Shown here: positions 38,001 through 50,800 of the stretch, in pieces
Layout of the letters: every line of letters starts with the position of its first letter
How positions within the stretch are numbered: position 1 is the first letter of the stretch
NCBI GenBank assembly: GCA_040954595.2
Contig: CM082596.2
Coordinates: forward strand, 10,498,461-10,562,460
Origin: Balanoglossus misakiensis
Lineage: Eukaryota; Animalia; Hemichordata
DNA: 64,000 nucleotides
Reading direction: 5' to 3'
Translations under genes and position numbers: made by a program
The notes under the pieces: generated by a model
What the model was told of the DNA's origin: nothing
Seen by the model: the letters and a program-made list of their open reading frames with translations, nothing else
Database searches by the model: none

Positions 38001-41000
38001 TATGAAGTCAATGTGAACAACTTTACTTGAAGTAAGCACATTGTAAACAGAATACATGAGTTGGAATAGTTTGTCTGATCACAATATGTCTATAGACACA
38101 TCACGTACATGGACATGAATGCAAGAATGGACACAGATCATTTATGAAGTCAATGTGAACAATTTTACTTTATGTCAGTACATTGTAAACAGAATATCAG
38201 AGTTGTAATAATTTGTCTGGTCACAATATGTCTATAGACACATCACGTACATGGACATGACTGCAAGAATGGACACAGATCATTTATGAAGTCAATGTGA
38301 ACAACTTTACTTGAAGTCATTACATTGTAAACAGAATACCATAGTTGTATTAATTTGTCTGGTCACAATATGTCTATAGACACATCACGTACATGGACAT
38401 GAATGCAAGAATGGACACAGATCATTTATGAAGTCAATGTGAACAACTTTACTTGAAGTCAGTAAATTGTAAACAGAATACCAGAGTTGTAATAATTTGT
38501 CTGGTCACAATATGTCTATAGACACATCACGTACATGGACATGAATGCAAGAATGGACACAGATCATTTATGAAGTCAATGTGGACAACTTTACTTGAAG
38601 TCAGTAAATTGTACACAAAATACCAGAGTTGTAATAATTTGTCTGGTCCCAATATGTCTATAAACACATCACGTACATGGACATGAATGCAAGAATGGAC
38701 ACAGATCATTTATGAAGTCAATGTGGACAACTTTACTTGAAGTCAGTAAATTGTAAACAGAATACATGAGTTGGAATAGTTTGTCTGATCACAATATGTC
38801 TATAGACACATCACGTACATGGACATGAATGCAAGAATGGACACAGATCATTTATGAAGTCAATGTGGACAACTTTACTTGAAGTCAGTAAATTGTACAC
38901 AAAATACCAGAGTTGTAATAATTTGTCTGGTCCCAATATGTCTATAAACACATCACGTACATGGACATGAATGCAAGAATGGACACAGATCATTTATGAA
39001 GCCAATGTGAACAAATTTATTTGAAGTCAGTAAATTGTAAACAGAATACCAGAGTTGTAATAATTTGTCTGATCACAATATGTCTATAGACACATCACAT
39101 AAATTGACACAAATGAAAGAATAGTCACAGATCATTTATGAAGTCAATGTGAACAACTTTACTTGAAGTAAGCACATTGTAAACAGAATACATGAGTTGG
39201 AATAGTTTGTCTGATCACAATATGTCTATAGACACATCACGTACATGGACATGAATGCAAGAATGGACACAGATCATTTATGAAGTCAATGTGAACAACT
39301 TTACTTGAAGTAAGCACATTGTAAACAGAATACATGAGTTGGAATAGTTTGTCTGATCACAATATGTCTATAGACACATCACGTACATGGACATGAATGC
39401 AAGAATGGACACAGATCATTTATGAAGTCAATGTGAACAACTTTACTTGAAGTCAGTAAATTGTAAACAGAATACCAGAGTTGTAATAATTTGTCTGGTC
39501 ACAATATGTCTATAGACACATCACGTACATGGACATGAATGCAAGAATGGACACAGATCATTTATGAAGTCAATGTGGACAACTTTACTTGAAGTCAGTA
39601 AATGGTACACAAAATACCAGAGTTGTAATAATTTGTCTGGTCCCAATATGTCTATAAACACATCACGTACATGGACATGAATGCAAGAATGGACACAGAT
39701 CATTTATGAAGTCAATGTGAACAAATTTACTTGAAGTCAGTAAATTGTAAACAAAATACCAGAGTTGTAATAATTTGTCTGATCACAATATGTCTATAGA
39801 CACATCACATAAATTGACACAAATGAAAGAATGGTCACAGATCATTTATGAAGTCAATGTGAACAACTTTACTTGAAGTAAGCACATTGTAAACAGAATA
39901 CATGAGTTGGAATAGTTTGTCTGATCACAATATGTCTATAGACACATCACGTACATGGACATGAATTCAAGAATGGACACAGATCATTTATGAAGTCAAT
40001 GTGAACAATTTTACTTTATGTCAGTACATTGTAAACAGAATATCAGAGTTGTAATAATTTGTCTGGTCACAATATGTCTATAGACACATCACGTGCATGG
40101 ACATGAATGCAAGAATGGACACAGATCATTTATGAAGTCAATGTGAACAACTTTACTTGAAGTCATTACATTGTAAACAGAATACCATAGTTGTATTACT
40201 TTGTCTGGTCACAATATGTCTATAGACACATCACGTACATGGACATGAATGCAAGAATGGACACAGATCATTTATGAAGTCAATGTGAACAACTTTACTT
40301 GAAGTCAGTAAATTGTAAACAGAATACCAGAGTTGTAATAATTTGTCTGGTCACAATATGTCTATCGACACATCACGTACATGGACATGAATGCAAGAAT
40401 GGACACAGATCATTTATGAAGTCAATGTGAACAACTTTACTTGAAGTCATTACTTTGTTAACAGAATACCATAGTTGTATTAATTTGTCTGGTCACAATA
40501 TGTCTATAGACACATCACGTACATGGACATGACTGAAAGAATGGACACAGATCATTTATGAAGTCAATGTGAACAACTTTACTTGAAGTCAGTAAATTGT
40601 AAACAGAATACCAGAGTTGTATTAATTTGTCTGGTCACAATATGTCTATAGACACATCACGTACATGGACATGAATGCAATAATGGACACAGATCATTTA
40701 TGAAGTCAATGTGAACAACTTTACTTGAAGTCAGTAAATTGTAAACAGAATACCAGAGTTGTAATAATTTGTCTGGTCACAATATGTCTATCGACACATC
40801 ACGTACATGGACATGAATGCAAGAATGGACACAGATCATTTATGAAGTCAATGTGAACAACTTTACTTGAAGTCATTACATTGTAAACAGAATACCATAG
40901 TTGTATTAATTTGTCTGGTCACAATATGTCTATAGACACATCACGTACATGGACATGAATTCAAGAATGGACACAGATCATTTATGAAGTCAATGTGAAC

Positions 41001-44000
41001 AATTTTACTTTATGTCAGTACATTGTAAACAGAATATCAGAGTTGTAATAATTTGTCTGGTCACAATATGTCTATAGACACATCACGTACATGGACATGA
41101 ATGCAAGAATGGACACAGATCATTTATGAAGTCAATGTGAACAACTTTACTTGAAGTCATTACATTGTAAACAGAATACCATAGTTGTATTACTTTGTCT
41201 GGTCACAATATGTCTATAGACACATCACGTACATGGACATGAATGCAAGAATGGACACAGATCATTTATGAAGTCAATGTGAACAACTTTACTTGAAGTC
41301 AGTAAATTGTAAACAGAATACCAGAGTTGTAATAATTTGTCTGGTCACAATATGTCTATCGACACATCACGTACATGGACATGAATGCAAGAATGGACAC
41401 AGATCATTTATGAAGTCAATGTGAACAACTTTACTTGAAGTCATTACTTTGTTAACAGAATACCATAGTTGTATTAATTTGTCTGGTCACAATATGTCTA
41501 TAGACACATCACGTACATGGACATGACTGAAAGAATGGACACAGATCATTTATGAAGTCAATGTGAACAACTTTACTTGAAGTCAGTAAATTGTAAACAG
41601 AATACCAGAGTTGTATTAATTTGTCTGGTCACAATATGTCTATAGACACATCACGTACATGGACATGAATGCAATAATGGACACAGATCATTTATGAAGT
41701 CAATGTGAACAACTTTACTTGAAGTCAGTAAATTGTAAACAGAATACCAGAGTTGTAATAATTTGTCTGGTCACAATATGTCTATCGACACATCACGTAC
41801 ATGGACATGAATGCAAGAATGGACACAGATCATTTATGAAGTCAATGTGAACAACTTTACTTGAAGTCATTACATTGTAAACAGAATACCATAGTTGTAT
41901 TAATTTGTCTGGTCACAATATGTCTATAGACACATCACGTACATGGACATGAATGCAAGAATGGACACAGATCATTTATGAAGTCAATGTGAACAACTTT
42001 ACTTGAAGTCAGTAAATTGTAAACAGAATACCAGAGTTGTAATAATTTGTCTGGTCACAATATGTCTATAGACACATCACGTACATGGACATGAATTCAA
42101 GAATGGACACAGATCATTTATGAAGTCAATGTGAACAATTTTACTTTATGTCAGTACATTGTAAACAGAATATCAGAGTTGTAATAATTTGTCTGGTCAC
42201 AATATGTCTATAGACACATCACGTACATGGACATGAATGCAAGAATGGACACAGATCATTTATGAAGTCAATGTGAACAACTTTACTTGAAGTCATTACA
42301 TTGTAAACAGAATACCATAGTTGTATTAATTTGTCTGGTCACAATATGTCTATAGACACATCACGTACATGGACATGACTGAAAGAATGGACACAGATCA
42401 TTTATGAAGTCAATGTGAACAACTTTACTTGAAGTCATTACATTGTAAACAGAATACCATAGTTGTATTAATTTGTCTAGTCACAATATGTCTATAGACA
42501 CATCACGTACATGGACATGAATGCAAGAATGGACACAGATCATTTATGAAGTCAATGTGAACAACTTTACTTGAAGTCATTACATTGTAAACAGAATACC
42601 ATAGTTGTATTAATTTGTCTAGTCACAATATGTCTATAGACACATCACGTACATGGACATGACTGAAAGAATGGACACAGATCATTTATGAAGTCAATGT
42701 GAACAACTTTACTTGAAGTCATTACATTGTAAACAGAATACCATAGTTGTATTAATTTGTCTAGTCACAATATGTCTATAGACACATCACGTACATGGAC
42801 ATGAATGCAAGAATGGACACAGATCATTTATGAAGTCAATGTGAACAACTTTACTTGAAGTCAGTAAATTGTAAACAGAATACCAGAGTTGTAATAATTT
42901 GTCTGGTCACAATATGTCTACAGACACATCACGTACATGGACATGAATGCAAGAATGGACACAGATCATTTATGAAGTCAATGTGAACAATTTTACTTTA
43001 TGTCACTACATTGTAAACAGAATATCAGAGTTGTAATAATTTGTCTGGTCACAATATGTCTATAGACACATCACGTACATGGACATGAATGCAAGAATGG
43101 ACACAGATCATTTATGAAGTCAATGTGAACAACTTTACTTGAAGTCAGTAAATTGTAAACAGAATATCAGAGTTGTATTAATTTGTCTGGTCACAATATG
43201 TCTATAGACACATCACGTACATGGACATGAATGCAAGAATGGACACAGATCATTTTTGAAGTCAATGTGAACAACTTTACTTGAAGTCATTACATTGTAA
43301 ATAGAATACCAGAGTTGTAATAATTTGTCTGGTCACAATATGTCTATCGACACATCACGTACATGGACATGACTGCAAGAATGGACACAGATCATTTATG
43401 AAGTCAATGTGAACAACTTTACTTGAAGTCAGTAAATTGTAAACAGAATACCAGAGTTGTAATAATTTGTCTGGTCACAATATGTCTATTGACACATCAC
43501 GTACATGGACATGACTGCAAGAATGGACACAGATCATTTATGAAGTCAATGTGAACAACTTTACTTGAAGTCATTACATTGTAAACAGAATACCATAGTT
43601 GTATTAATTTGTCTGGTCACAATATTTCTATAGACACATCACGTACATGGACATGACTGAAAGAATGGACACAGATCATTTATGAAGTCAATGTGAACAA
43701 CTTTACTTGAAGTCATTACATTGTAAACAGAATACCATAGTTGTATTAATTTGTCTAGTCACAATATGTCTATAGACACATCACGTACATGGACATGAAT
43801 GCAAGAATGGACACAGATCATTTATGAAGTCAATGTGAACAACTTTACTTGAAGTCAGTAAATTGTAAACAGAATACCAGAGTTGTAATAATTTGTCTGG
43901 TCACAATATGTCTATAGACACATCACGTACATGGACATGAATGCAAGAATGGACACAGATCATTTATGAAGTCAATGTGAACAATTTTACTTTATGTCAC

Positions 44001-46899
44001 TACATTGTAAACAGAATATCAGAGTTGTAATAATTTGTCTGGTCACAATATGTCTATAGACACATCACGTACATGGACATGAATGCAAGAATGGACACAG
44101 ATCATTTATGAAGTCAATGTGAACAACTTTACTTGAAGTCAGTAAATTGTAAACAGAATATCAGAGTTGTATTAATTTGTCTGGTCACAATATGTCTATA
44201 GACACATCACGTACATGGACATGAATGCAAGAATGGACACAGATCATTTTTGAAGTCAATGTGAACAACTTTACTTGAAGTCAGTAAATTGTAAACAGAA
44301 TACCAGAGTTGTAATAATTTGTCTGGTCACAATATGTCTATCGACACATCACGTACATGGACATGACTGCAAGAATGGACACAGATCATTTATGAAGTCA
44401 ATGTGAACAACTTTACTTGAAGTCAGTAAATTGTAAACAGAATACCAGAGTTGTAATAATTTGTCTGGTCACAATATGTCTATTGACACATCACGTACAT
44501 GGACATGACTGCAAGAATGGACACAGATAATTTATGAAGTCAATGTGAACAACTTCACTTGAAGTCATTACATTGTAAACAGAATACCATAGCTGTATTA
44601 ATTTGTCTGGTCACAATATGTCTATAGACACATCACGTACATGGACATGACTGAAAGAATGGACACAGATCATTTATGAAGTCAATGTGAACAACTTTAC
44701 TTGAAGTCATTACATTGTAAACAGAATACCATAGTTGTATTAATTTGTCTGGTCACAATATGTCTATAGACACATCACGTACATGGACATGAATGCAAGA
44801 ATGGACACAGATCATTTATGAAGTCAATGTGAACAACTTTACTTGAAGTCAGTAAATTGTAAACAGAATATCAGAGTTGTATTAATTTGTCTGGTCACAA
44901 TATGTCTATAGACACATCACGTACATGGACATGAATGCAAGAATGGACACAGATCATTTTTGAAGTCAATGTGAACAACTTTACTTGAAGTCAGTAAATT
45001 GTAAACAGAATACCAGAGTTGTAATAATTTGTCTGGTCACAATATGTCTATCGACACATCACGTACATGGACATGACTGCAAGAATGGACACAGATCATT
45101 TATGAAGTCAATGTGAACAACTTTACTTGAAGTCAGTAAATTGTAAACAGAATACCAGAGTTGTAATAATTTGTCTGGTCACAATATGTCTATTGACACA
45201 TCACGTACATGGACATGACTGCAAGAATGGACACAGATAATTTATGAAGTCAATGTGAACAACTTTACTTGAAGTCATTACATTGTAAACAGAATACCAT
45301 AGCTGTATTAATTTGTCTGGTCACAATATGTCTATAGACACATCACGTACATGGACATGACTGAAAGAATGGACACAGATCATTTATGAAGTCAATGTGA
45401 ACAACTTTACTTGAAGTCATTACATTGTAAACAGAATACCATAGTTGTATTAATTTGTCTGGTCACAATATGTCTATAGACACATCACGTACATGGACAT
45501 GAATGCAAGAATGGACACAGATCATTTATGAAGTCAATGTGAACAACTTTACTTGAAGTCAGTAAATTGTAAACAGAATACCAGAGTTGTAATAATTTGT
45601 CTGGTCACAATATGTCTATAGACACATCACGTACATGGACGTGAATGCAAGAATGGACACAGATCATTTATGAAGTCAATGTGAACAACTTTACTTGAAG
45701 TCAGTAAATTGTAAACAGAATACCAGAGTTGTAATAATTTGTCTGGTCACAATATGTCTATCGACACATCACGTACACAGACATGACTGAAAGAATGGAC
45801 ACAGATCATTTATGAAGTCAATGTGAACAACTTTACTTGAAGTCATTACATTGTAAACAGAATACCATAGTTGTATTAATTTGTCTGGTCACAATATGTC
45901 TATAGACACATCACATACATGGACATGAATGCAAGAATGGACACAGATCATTTATGAAGTCAATGTGAACAACTTTACTTGAAGTCAGTAAATTGTAAAC
46001 AGAATACCAGAGTTGTATTAATTTGTCTGGTCACAATATGTCTATAGACACATCACGTACATGGACATGACTGCAAGAATGGACACAGATCATTTATGAA
46101 GTCAATGTGAACAACTTTACTTGAATTCAGTACATTGTAAACAGAATACATGAGTTGAAATAGTTTGTCTGATCACAATATGTCTATAGACACATCACGT
46201 AAATTGACACAAATGAAAGAATGGTCACAGATCATTTATGAAGTCAATGTGAACAACTTTACTTGAAGTAAGCACATTGTAAACAGAATACATGAGTTGG
46301 AATAGTTTGTCTGATCACAATATGTCTATAGACACATCACGTACATGGACATGAATGCAAGAATGGACACAGATCATTTATGAAGTCAATGTGAACAATT
46401 TTACTTTATGTCAGTACATTGTAAACAGAATATCAGAGTTGTAATAATTTGTCTGGTCACAATATGTCTATAGACACATCACGTACATGGACATGAATGC
46501 AAGAATGGACACAGATCATTTATGAAGTCAATGTGAACAACTTTACTTGAAGTTAGTAAATTGTAAACAGAATACCGGAGTTGTAATAATTTGTCTGGTC
46601 ACAATATGTCTATAGACATATCACGTACATGGACATGACTGCAAGAATGGACACAGATCATTTATGAAGTCAATGTGAACAACTTTACTTGAAGTCATTA
46701 CATTGTAAACAGAATACCATAGTTGTATTAATTTGTCTGGTCACAATATGTCTATAGACACATCACGTACATGGACATGAATGCAAGAATGGACACAGAT
46801 CATTTATGAAGTCAATGTGAACATCTTTACTTGAAGTCAGTAAATTGTAAACAGAATACCAGAGTTGTAATAATTTGTCTGGTCACAATATGTCTATAG
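35050..46899. repeat. 142-bp satellite array, left block (~83 monomers)
   Basis: Monomer ...TGTCTATAGACACATCACGTACATGGACATGAATGCAAGAATGGACACAGATCATTTATGAAGTCAATGTG... Spacings are multiples of 142 (e.g. 35117 to 36679 = 11 x 142). Confidence 0.98.
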
Positions 46900-47769
46900 T
46901 GTTACGTATTCTGCAAACTGCAAGTCAGTGCTGATGGGACATGTGTTACGTAGGTTCAGTCGGCTATTGTTTTGTGACCAGGTGTGTTTTTCGTGTGCGT
47001 TTCGTGTGCGTTTCGTTTGCTTTCTTTATTTGAATATTTAAGTGACCAGGTGTGAGGAATTAATTTTTGGCTAGTATAAAAGCCCGCTCGTTGCCACGTT
47101 GTGCGAGTGGATGTTAATTTGACCTGGAGGAGGTGCTGCTCGTTTGAACCGTCTTGGAAGCTGTGGCTGCTCTTCTGAACAAGTTGTAAGTCGTGCTGTT
47201 TCGTGTGGAGCGGACTTTTGAAGCGGACTTTTGTGGAGCAGACTTTTGCGGACTTTTGTGGAGCAGACTTTTGCGGACTTTTGTGGAACCAGTTGGAGCT
47301 GGACTTTTGCCTGGACCGCCGTGTCGCTGTGTCTACGCTGAATTGCCGCCGAGATGGAGCTGTCGCTGTGTCTACGCTGAACTGCCGCCGAGTTGGAGCG
47401 GTCGCCGTGTCGCTGTGTCTACACTGAATTATCGCCGAGTTGCTGTGTCTACGTGTCCTCCGTCAAATCAGCGGAACGTTCTAGCGGACATTGGACTTGT
47501 TCTGTTTCAGTTTATGCACACCTGGTCACGTTTAAAAAGGTAGTTCACTTGTTTCTTGTGTGTTTCTTTAGTTTATACTATTTAATGTTCACGATTACTT
47601 TAGTTATTATTAAATTCGTTATAAATAAGGTGATTTGCTGGTTGTTGTGACTTTTGTTGACCAACTTTGTTGCGTGCGGCGCTGGTTTGGTTCCTTACAA
47701 AGTACGCCATCCGGCTAGTGTGTTTATTGCTCGCCCTGTTTCGGCTGGAACGGCCAGCGTGTCGTAACA
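46900..47769 (+). repeat. 5' LTR (870 bp)
   Basis: TG..CA with 7-bp terminal inverted repeat. TATAAAA at ~47075. Internal short repeats (GCGGACTTTTGTGGAGCAGA; TGTCGCTGTGTCTACGCTGAA). Confidence 0.95.
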
Positions 47770-47772
47770 AAT

Positions 47773-47790
47773 TGGGGGCTCGTCCGGGAT
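47773..47790 (+). promoter_or_regulatory. Primer-binding site complementary to tRNA-Pro
   Basis: TGGGGGCTCGTCCGGGAT, 3 nt after the 5' LTR; the classical 18-nt tRNA-Pro PBS. Confidence 0.92.
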
Positions 47791-47848
47791 CTATCCTTGA
47801 ATTCATTCAGTGCGCACGGTCAACAACGGTTCACAATTACTATTCGTA

Positions 47849-50800
47849 ATGGCTTCCACAGCGGAGTTCAACATAACTGAGTTTGTTAAAAATGAAAATT
47901 TAACTGTTGATGATTTACAACGTTTGCGAAAGGCTGAACTAAAGCAGGTAGCTGCTCATTTAGGTGTCAGTCTTGGTAGTAATGTAACAAAAAAGGAAAT
48001 TATTGATAGTATTTCTGCTTTCCTTGGTTTGACTAAACATGGTATGCATAATGCTGAGAGTACTGAAGTGGCATTGGCAAAAATTGAACTTGAAAGAGAG
48101 AAATTAAGACTTGCTCAAGAAAGAGGAGAGGCCCAATTATTGAGAGAAAAAGAAAGAGAAGAGGCCCAATTATTGAGAGAAAAAGAAAGAAGAATTCGAG
48201 TTGAGGAAGTTAGAACTTGAACTTCAGTTAAGTCGACAGAATCATGAACCTGTTCAGAGCACTACGAGAAGTTCTGATTTTGATGTTACTAAATATATTA
48301 AGTTGGTCCCAAGGTTTTCTGAAGCCGAAGTAGATACTTACTTTTTGGCTTTTGAGAAAATTGCGAGACAACTTAAGTGGCCAACTAAATTTTGGACTTT
48401 GTTGCTTCAAAGTGTGTTTGTTGGGAAAGCCCAGGAAGTGTTTTCTTCCCTGTCTGATTCAGATTCTGAAGATTATGAAATTGTCAAGAAAGCAGTTCTA
48501 TCCGCTTATGAGTTAGTTCCCGAGGCTTATAGACAGAAGTTTAGAAATTTAAGGAGACAGACTGGACAAACCTTTGTTGAATTTGCAAGAGAGAAGGAAA
48601 TTATATTTGATAGATGGTACCGTTCCTTGCAAACTGAAAAAGAATTTAATATACTGAGGGAGGTAATACTCATGGAGGAATTTAAGAACAGCATCCCTTT
48701 GGACATTAGAACCCATATTGATGAACATAAAGTTACAGAACTAAAGCGGGCAGCCGTTATTGCTGATGATTATGAGCTTACTCACAAGAAAAGTGGTAGT
48801 AGCTCACCTAATTATAATAGGTATGGTAATAAACCTTTCACTAATTATGCCAAATTTGATAACAGGGTAAATCATCCTAGTCCAGACAGAAAGGGCCAGT
48901 CTGTTGCTGCTAATAAGCCACCTGAGATAAGAAGGGGTCCTGTCTGTTTCCATTGTGGTAAAGTGGGGCACATTAAGTCTAATTGTTGTCAATGGAAGAA
49001 GAGTAACCAGAGGGATAGTAAACCTGTGGCTTTTGTTAATAGAAATGCCGATATCCGTACAGATAGTCATATAAATATTGGTGATAAGTACCAAAGTTTG
49101 CCTGCACGAGATAACTGTAAAATCCCCAAGTCTATTCCTGACGGTTATAGGGATTTTGTATCCCAAGGAGAGGTATCTGAATTATCTGACGTGCATGAAG
49201 TGAAGCCCATTATCATACTGAGGGATACTGGTGCCGCTCAATCATTAATGTTAGCAGACGTCTTGCCAGAGAATGTATGTCGTTCAATGGATACCAGAAT
49301 GTTGCTGCAAGGTATAGGTGGTAATTTTGTTTCGGTTCCTTTGTGTGAGGTTAATTTGAATTCTGACCTAGTCAATGGTCGGGTTAAAGTTGGCATTGTC
49401 CAATCTTTACCAATAGAGGGGGTAGATTTTCTCTTGGGGAATGATTTAGCTGGGGGAAAGGTTCAAGTCTCTCCCATACTTACTAAATTTCCATCTGTCC
49501 AACCGGCCACAGAGGAATTAAAGGATACATTTCCGGGTATATTTCCATCATGTGCAGTTACCAGGTCACAGTCACGTGTTGCGCGTTTAGATGAGGCGAA
49601 TTCTCCCGACGTTCCCAATTCTGGTGTTTGGTTGGCAGAAACATTTTTCAAAGATTTAGACAGTGGGGATGGTCTATCTAAACCTGGTGATTCTGAGACC
49701 GTGTTTACTCAGACTTCTCTAATAAAAGAACAAAAGGCTGATCCAATTCTGAATGACTTAATTCATAAGGCATTATCAGAATCTGAAGCCAACAATGTTC
49801 CAGAATGTTATTACATGAAGTCAGGAATTTTAATGAGAAAGTGGAGACCACCGTCTGTTCCTGCTGATCAGGATTGGTTGGTGAAAAATCAAATAGTGGT
49901 ACCTGCATGTTATCGTCCTGAAATTCTGCGTTTGGCCCACGAAATTCCTATGGCTGGGCATTTGGGCATTCGAAAAACACAGTCCAGGGTTATGGCTCAT
50001 TTTTATTGGCCAAAATTGCATCAGGATGTTGTTGAATTTTGCAAAACTTGTCATACGTGTCAGCTGTTAGGCAAACCCCAGCCAGCGATCAAACCCGCTC
50101 CATTAATTCCAATTCCTGCGTTCGGCGAACCCTTCAGTAAGGTTCTAATTGATTGTGTGGGCCCTTTGCCGAGAACCAAATCGGGTAATAAATATCTTTT
50201 GACAATTTTAGACACATCGACCAGATTTCCTGAGGCTATTCCTTTGAAAAACATCTCTACCAAAGTAGTAGTTGACGCGCTAATGCATTTCTTCACACGA
50301 TATGGTTTGCCCAAGGAGGTCCAAACAGATCAAGGGTCCAACTTTATGTCTGGTTTATTTCAGGAAGTGTTGTGTCAATTGGGGGTTACACAGTTGCATT
50401 CGTCGGCCTACCATCCTCAATCTCAAGGTGCGTTGGAAAGGTATCACCAAACGCTAAAGAATATGTTGAAGGCATACTGCTTGGAATACCCTGGGGATTG
50501 GGATAAGGGCGTTGCATTTGTATTATTTGCCACAAGGGATGCCCCTAACGAATCAACTGGTTTTACTCCCTTTGAACTTGTATATGGTCATGAAGTCAGG
50601 GGCCCTCTTAAATTCATCAAAGAGAGATTTCTTAATGAACAGGATGATGTCAACCTCCTGGATTACGTTTCCAAATTTCGAGAACGTTTGACTAAGGCCT
50701 GTGATTTGGCTAGACACCATCTGAAACTGTCTCAGCAAACCATGAAGAGGTATTATGATAGGGATAGTCAATTTCGCAAATTTAAAGTTGGTGACAAAGT

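Noticed and set aside
47193-47650. ORFs inside the LTRs (also 54224-54681)
   Set aside because: They arise from short internal LTR repeats and have no recognisable domain.
48120-48220. Programmed ribosomal frameshift in gag
   Set aside because: The shift lies early in Gag, upstream of the capsid-like region and zinc knuckle, next to a 33-bp duplication. A one-base insertion in an A/G run restores EKEREFELRKLELE, so mutation or sequence error is more likely.
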